DNA of 64,000 nucleotides from Hamiltosporidium tvaerminnensis FI-OER-3-3 (lineage: Eukaryota; Fungi; Microsporidia). A program made the position numbers and the translations under genes. Each line of letters starts with the position of its first letter. The first letter of the stretch is position 1. The notes under the pieces are model-generated. The model did no database searches. It was given only the letters and a program-made list of their open reading frames with translations, and was not told where the DNA came from. Location: positions 248,001 to 312,000 of the forward strand of contig CM061256.1 of assembly GCA_022605425.2 (NCBI GenBank), read 5' to 3'. Below, piece after piece: positions 57,471 through 64,000 of this stretch.

Positions 57471-60400
57471 ACGGAAATAAAATCTTAAGTTTTAAGTTAA
57501 TTTTAAAAATTTTATTTATTTATTGGAATTTCTACAAAGCCACTTTGTTTTAATTATTTTTTTTTAACTTCTTAAAACATCTAACATTTCATTTAATTCA
57601 ATATTTTGATTTGTCGATAATTCATTTTCTATAAACCAATGAACGTGGAACTATAACCGAGAAAAGGTACTTTAAATCTATCAAAATCTAATTTACGTTA
57701 ATATTTATGATATAAAGAAAATTAGAAAAGATATTTTACATTTTTAAAACAGAGTTTGTTTTATGACACAAAATACTGTTTTCTTACAGATTAGAAAAAT
57801 CCTTATTCATAATAACTAAATTTGTATCAAAAAGGTTTAATTTGCAAAAAAATATAAAACATAAAGCATTGGCTGTAAAATGCTATTAGAGTCTATATAA
57901 AAACATGTAACATAATAAGAGATGAATATATTAATTTTTTTCATAAAAAATTTGATCACAATAATTCTATAAGTCTAATAAATCAAATAATTGAATTAAA
58001 GTTAAAAATAGTAACATTGGATCAACGTATAATCACACACATAAACATTATTGTATCTGCCACTTAAACTCCCATAAAATGATATAGATTGGTAGTTATT
58101 TAACTCTTAAAAATATGAAAGATTAAGTTTTTAATTCAATCAAGTAATAAAACTCCAAAAATGATCTTTATTTATTTTTCTTTTATTCAAAATGCTTACA
58201 GAATGATTTTTAAATTCCTTAAGAACGATTGATCTCCTATGAAAATATAGTTTCGCATTATTTTTTGTTTTATACAGAGTTCTTTGTAAATATCCAAAAC
58301 ATAGCAAAAAGCAAATATCATCAATTCAGGATTGCATGTTATTTTGAAATGACATATTCCTTTAAAATAGCTATTTTTTTATTTACTTAAGATAAAATAT
58401 TTTACATAGCAAGAAGATCGATTATAAACATATTGTGAATAACCTTTTATAATCTTAATCTATAGAGCAAATTTTGGATTAAAATGTCTCGGTTTTTGAA
58501 AACAAGATAAAAAAAGCTTTATTTTATTATAATTCTGATTATTACAAACATCGCAAGTATATTGATTCTTTTTAATAGTCTAATATAGTGAAAATTAAAG
58601 AATACGTTTAAATTTACCAAAAAGAAATAAACGGAAGAACTGATTTTGAAAATATATACTTTTACTGACTAATTGAAATGTATTTTTTTAAAAACATCTT
58701 TATATTCAATTTTAAGAGATTTCACAAGAGAAATTTTTATTTTCAACTAAAATTAAAAAAAAATTACAACTTTATCAAATCAATTTTCGAAAAATCGTTT
58801 TTTTTTTGATTTTAGGCCTAAAGTTTCATTAACAAAAAATTTTTGAAAAATCACGAAGCCGAAACAAAACTTAAAATAGCAACGACATGTATTATAAGCC
58901 CCTGGTCGGGCTTTTAAACATAGAAGCAAATGCAAAGTGTTTAGAAGTAGACATTTTAATCTATTTAGCCAGAAATTCATTTAGAAATCAGATATAAAAA
59001 ATATACTATACCATGAAATAAAATATTTTTAGACCATTTTTTCAAATAACTAATAAATAAACTATGTTGTTATCATACATAAACTCTTACAAATACTTTT
59101 GAATTTTAAGATTCAGAAACATACCGTTTTTATAAATATTCTTAGGATATATAAATCTTCATGACTTCCAGGAAGTTATAACTCGAATTTCGACTCAGAG
59201 CTTAATTATAATTATAAATAATAAAATATTTCTAATGTTCGAAAAAACATATATTTTCTTTAGTTTTTATTATAGAAGTGTGTTTTGCATGTATTTTTAA
59301 GATCAAAACAAGTTAGTAAAATACGCGCTTGCATGTAATAGTATTGATGTTAAACAAATAACCTATAATTAATAATCCTTAAATGATATCTATAAAATAA
59401 TATGTGAAGTATCTAGACTAACCAAATTTAATATGCAAAGATTCATTTTTTGGGTTTTTTTTGCATTTTTAAACATGTTCTGGGTTTTGAGTTTGATTTA
59501 TAATGTATATTATACTTACTTTCTGAAAACATAAGTGAATCATAAAAGTAAATAAAATTATTAAAAAAAATAACAAAATATTTAATTTTTTGCAAAATTT
59601 GCTTTATTATTTTTTAGAGTCTAATTGTTTGGGGCAAGATCTTATGAAGTATGTTTGAAGGCAATACATGTAAAATTAAATTCTAATGAATTCAAAGTTT
59701 TTATAAAATAAATAATGAGTCGAATGCGTCAAAGTACAAGAAGATAAACTATTTTTTGCTTACAATAAACTTGATAAATAATTGAATTTGACTAAAAGTT
59801 TCTTTAAAAACAGTTTGCATATTTTTGGAATTAGGCAACATTTATGACACAAAAGCAATTACAATAGAAAGTCTAACTACAGATGTTTTTATCACCACTA
59901 GCCTATATAACGCATTTATCTAAAATTGCGGATTATTCAGAAGTAAAATGAATATAGAATGGAGGTATCCCAAAAATATACATACTTCGAAATTTGTATA
60001 TCTCTGTAATTTAATTTTCTTAATTACGATCCAAATATAATTAAATAAACCAAAAACCATGTGCTAAGCGGAATTTTCAATGAATTTTTTTCATTGTTAC
60101 TAATAACTTTCTTCAAAACCGAATCTTAGCTTAATTGCTAAGGCTAAAATGTCAAGATGGTATAAAATACAAAATTTTACTAGCTAAAATTCAAAAATTA
60201 CATAAAAATAAACGTAAGAGAGATATTTAGAAATCAAAATACTTATTTTAATTTTCTAGTTTTCAATTTATATAGAAAATTGAAAAATGAAAATCTGACT
60301 GTAAGGTTTATCGAAAGAAAAAGGAATTGGTTTAGATTTTTTGTCAAATATTTGTGTGAAAAAAAAAAAGTAGAAAAAGCTCTTCTTTGAGTTTAAAAAC

Positions 60401-60877
60401 GAAAATATTTTTGAACTATAGGACACTGTTTATTCCATTTTAGAGTTTAAAAGGTTTTCGACAGTATAAAATTTATGTTTTAAATACCTAAAAATTTATA
60501 CTATTTGAGATTAAAAACATTCTTTTTTTCTCTACTAAAATCTTCTTAAGTCATGTAATACAATTGTCTTTCTGAGTAATAGCTTCTATAATTAACTAAT
60601 TTATTGTAGATTAAAATTTAAAATCAAAGTTGAATTTAATACCAAATTATAATTATAGACTTTTGTATATGAAAATATATTAAATTTGATAAAGAATAAT
60701 AATTAGAAATTTCTCTAAAATGGTAAATCATTCCGGGCATAATAAATAAAATATGACTTTGCAATTTTTTTTATCAGTTATATTCCTAGATTTAGCTTCG
60801 ATATAGGGTTTATATTATCGATTTACCCGCATTTTTGAGAAATAAGACATGCTGTAAGTATATGAATTCAAAGGAAA

Positions 60878-61080
60878 TCATAATTACCTTGCAAAAAGCA
60901 ATATAATGCTATTTAAGTTTTAAATTTTTGGCTAAAGAAAATGTATGTCAATGCAATGTGATAAAAATATTAAAGTTCCTAAAATGTATAGTCGAGCATG
61001 ATATCATTGAATTTATGAAATATAAATACAACGTATGTGTCGGATTTTGAATATATTTTACAATCAATATTGCAAGGATT
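60878..61080. mobile_element. Possible ~200-bp MITE-like relic related to the Tc1 element
   Basis: Ends are atcataattaccttgcaa and ttgcaagga, resembling the Tc1 terminal repeat atcataatccttgca. Confidence 0.35.
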
Positions 61081-63941
61081 TAGACAATTTACTTAAAAAA
61101 TACGAATCTTTTGGCAAATATATTGTAAGATAACATAAAAACGTACAGAATACTACCAATTAAGTAAATTTAATCTGATAAAAACTGTAATTTAATTTAG
61201 TTTTTGTTTACTGTGATATGATATTTACCAAAAATAGTATTTCTATGGTATTAAAAACAATTTAATCAACAAAGAGAAGGTGTATTTCACTGTTGGAAAT
61301 TTTATTATCATTATAAATATGTATATTTAGTAAAAAAAGTCGATAAATTCTCATCAATATTATATTTTGCTTTTAAATCATAATCGCAAGTGTAGTTTTT
61401 TGTATAAAGATTTTAATTAAGAAAGTTAATCAGTAAATTAAAATAAGCAACGGCTTATATCAAAAAATATAAAGCTGCTCCAAAAAATATTTCTAAGCTA
61501 TAAAATCTATATTCTTTTCATTAAGGCAGTTTGGTCGACAAATTTGATTAGATTTCGTGCCATATGATTTGTTATTAAGAGATTAATTCTTATTAAAACC
61601 ATATTTTCTTATTAAACATTTATGTTGTGAAAATAATATTGTTGGAAGGTTTTCTTCAAATGTTCTGTTCTTATTTTTACTTTCATTGTATTCTTGATTC
61701 AAGCCTATTTTTATCCGAAAACTATTTGGACAAGATTTGATAAATTATAAAAATTCAACTATGTCTTCAAGATTAAAGCTCAATCTGAAACTGTAAAAGA
61801 ATAATTTATAATATTTCTATAAAAAATTCGATATATGTTTTTCTTTTTTACGAAATTTCTATGGAAAGAAGAAAATTTAAAGGTAAGTTTAAAGATAATC
61901 TAAAAACACAATCACTATTTTTCTATAGTAATACAATGGAGGAAATGAAGTATGTCTGAAACAAATGTAATGTATTTTATCTATAAATAAATACAAAATA
62001 TATAATATAACAGATTCATCATTAAAATATATTGTAGTTGTTATCGGTTGTTAAAATATGTTAAATTGTTAACTTTCAAGGAAATAAAATATATTTTTAC
62101 ATTTTTATAGGATATGAATATTAAAAGACGTAGAATTCGAGGAAATTAAGAGGTTCTATAATTTATTTCAAAAATTTTAAGTCTAAAAGAAAAAAAGCTT
62201 CTTACATATATTTAAACTTTAAATTTATTTTGTTTTATTTCAATGGACTCGGGTTCTCGCTTCAAAAGAGAAATCATATTTAGGTTTATATTAGTATTGT
62301 GATTTACAGGAACTCTAAGAGAAATTTTAATGTTTCAAGGAAAAATAGCTTTTGATTTTCTATATGCAACCAAAAAGCGTGACATAAAAATTCGAATTTT
62401 TTTACGAATGTTTATTTAAATCATTTTTTAAAAAAAAAAATTAAATTGTTTTCAATGATCTTTGGCTTTCGAATCTGACTTAAGTGAATATTCAATATTG
62501 ATTTAATTTTTATATAGAATAACCTGGGATTTGCACTAAAATAGTATATGAAATTTTTTGGATAAGCTTATTTCCGAAAAGTTATTTTTGCGTTATAGAA
62601 ACGTAATAAAAATCAAATCGGGTATAAAAAAACGAATAGAAACTTTAGATTATTATAATAAAACTAGTTAGAATTTGATTTCTTAACAGGATTTATAAAA
62701 TACATGATAAATTTTTGAATTCATAAACTTGTAATATTCTATTGGTATGCTTCCTATGTCTAGTTTTTTACACTGTAATAAAAATATTCAATTATAAATT
62801 GATTTTTTTTCTGGTTTTCTATGTTAAACATTTGATTTCTTTCGTTATAATTATCATATATTTTTTATTGCTACTCTTTTTTCAACAAATTAGAACATGA
62901 TCTACCAAGGAAAACGCTTTGCCATATATAAAGTATATAGTCGTTTTCCTAAAGATCAGGATGTCGCTCTAACACAAATCATTCTTATTCAAAGTATATG
63001 GGGTTACTAGTCAAGAATAGAACTGATATTTCAGTGGAAAATTCAATATCTTATCCCAAGAATGTTCTTTTTTTAAATTTAAGCATTTTTCCAGATAATT
63101 CACCAGGTTAAGTATAAAATTATATCAATCATTTATTTTCTGACCAACGTCATAAAAAATTACATTTTCATTCTTCGAGGACCAAATATTTCAACTCAAA
63201 TTTTATATACCGAAAAATTATATTTAAAAAGCAGCTATTTAAAAAAAATATAGAGCGAAAATCATAGTAAATTAGATTTCCAAAAAAACTCGATGGTTAT
63301 GGGTTACGTTTTTAAAAAAACTAGATGTTCCCGATTTTTAGCCGAAAAATATAATGAATTTTAATGTTTGTCAAACCTGCATCGATCAATTCACATAAAT
63401 CGGTTGATATATAAAAGATAATAGTATAAAAGCTTAAAGAAGAAAACATGAGATCTTTATCTACCCTACAAAATTTGGTATTTCCCTCTGAAAATTTTTT
63501 TTACTCATCTATTTTGTTATTTTTTTGTATAGGTTCTTATAATTTGTATTTTGGTTGTATTCTAGATCCCTATATTTTGCAAAAATAACGCGTTTTATAA
63601 GAGTTAACCATCTCTGTTATCGTTTTAGACCAAGAAATAAATATAGTGTTTCAAACTATCCCAAAACAAAGCAAAGTATATAATAAATAGGCTTTAAGTT
63701 GTATTATTGCTGCGTTATCATTTTGGTTATTATTTTATATTACTTAAAAATCAGATATTTCAGTAATATTGATTTCATCGGACTCTATAATAAATCTTTA
63801 AATGAGTTATATCAAAATCATATAACTAAAGCTAATTTAATGATTTTCGGAAAATAATGAATTTAAATAACATATTTAGTTGTATGAAATTTTATTTATT
63901 TGAATAAAATACAATATTTTTATTTTTAGACGCAAATACTG

Positions 63942-64000
63942 GATAAAAGATAACCCATAAAAAACTTTCTGCTTGGCAATGAGTGTGTAAAACTGGTGTG
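63942..64000 (+). mobile_element. Start of another head-H element (family C-like), cut by the window end
   Basis: ataacccataaaaaactttctgcttggcaatgagtgtgtaaaactggtgtg matches 29640..29691. Confidence 0.75.

Overview
This window is AT-rich, gene-sparse eukaryotic DNA that I infer is from a microsporidian with an expanded genome (Hamiltosporidium-like). The basis is compact intron-less genes, CCC motifs just upstream of start codons, and expanded LRR and secreted-protein families. Host genes are U1A/U2B''-type RRM (two copies), a compact PWWP protein, TAF5, three ~785-aa LRR paralogues and ~418-aa putative secreted proteins. The first 29 kb is an old inverted duplication whose arms show very uneven similarity. 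It carries several copies of an R4/Dong-like RLE retrotransposon and a Buster-type hAT relic. The rest of the window holds a Tc1-like relic, two decayed RTE LINEs and modular SINE-like elements built from RTE parts. Best leads: (1) an almost UTR-less retrotransposon whose target-site duplication places its ATG directly behind a host CCC promoter; (2) patchy arm-to-arm homogenisation that stops exactly at the hAT insertion; (3) a shared non-coding head on LINE and SINE elements; (4) a sharp GC-skew reversal inside TAF5; (5) an HDV-like ribozyme candidate. Many apparent frameshifts are probably consensus errors. All identity estimates are by eye.
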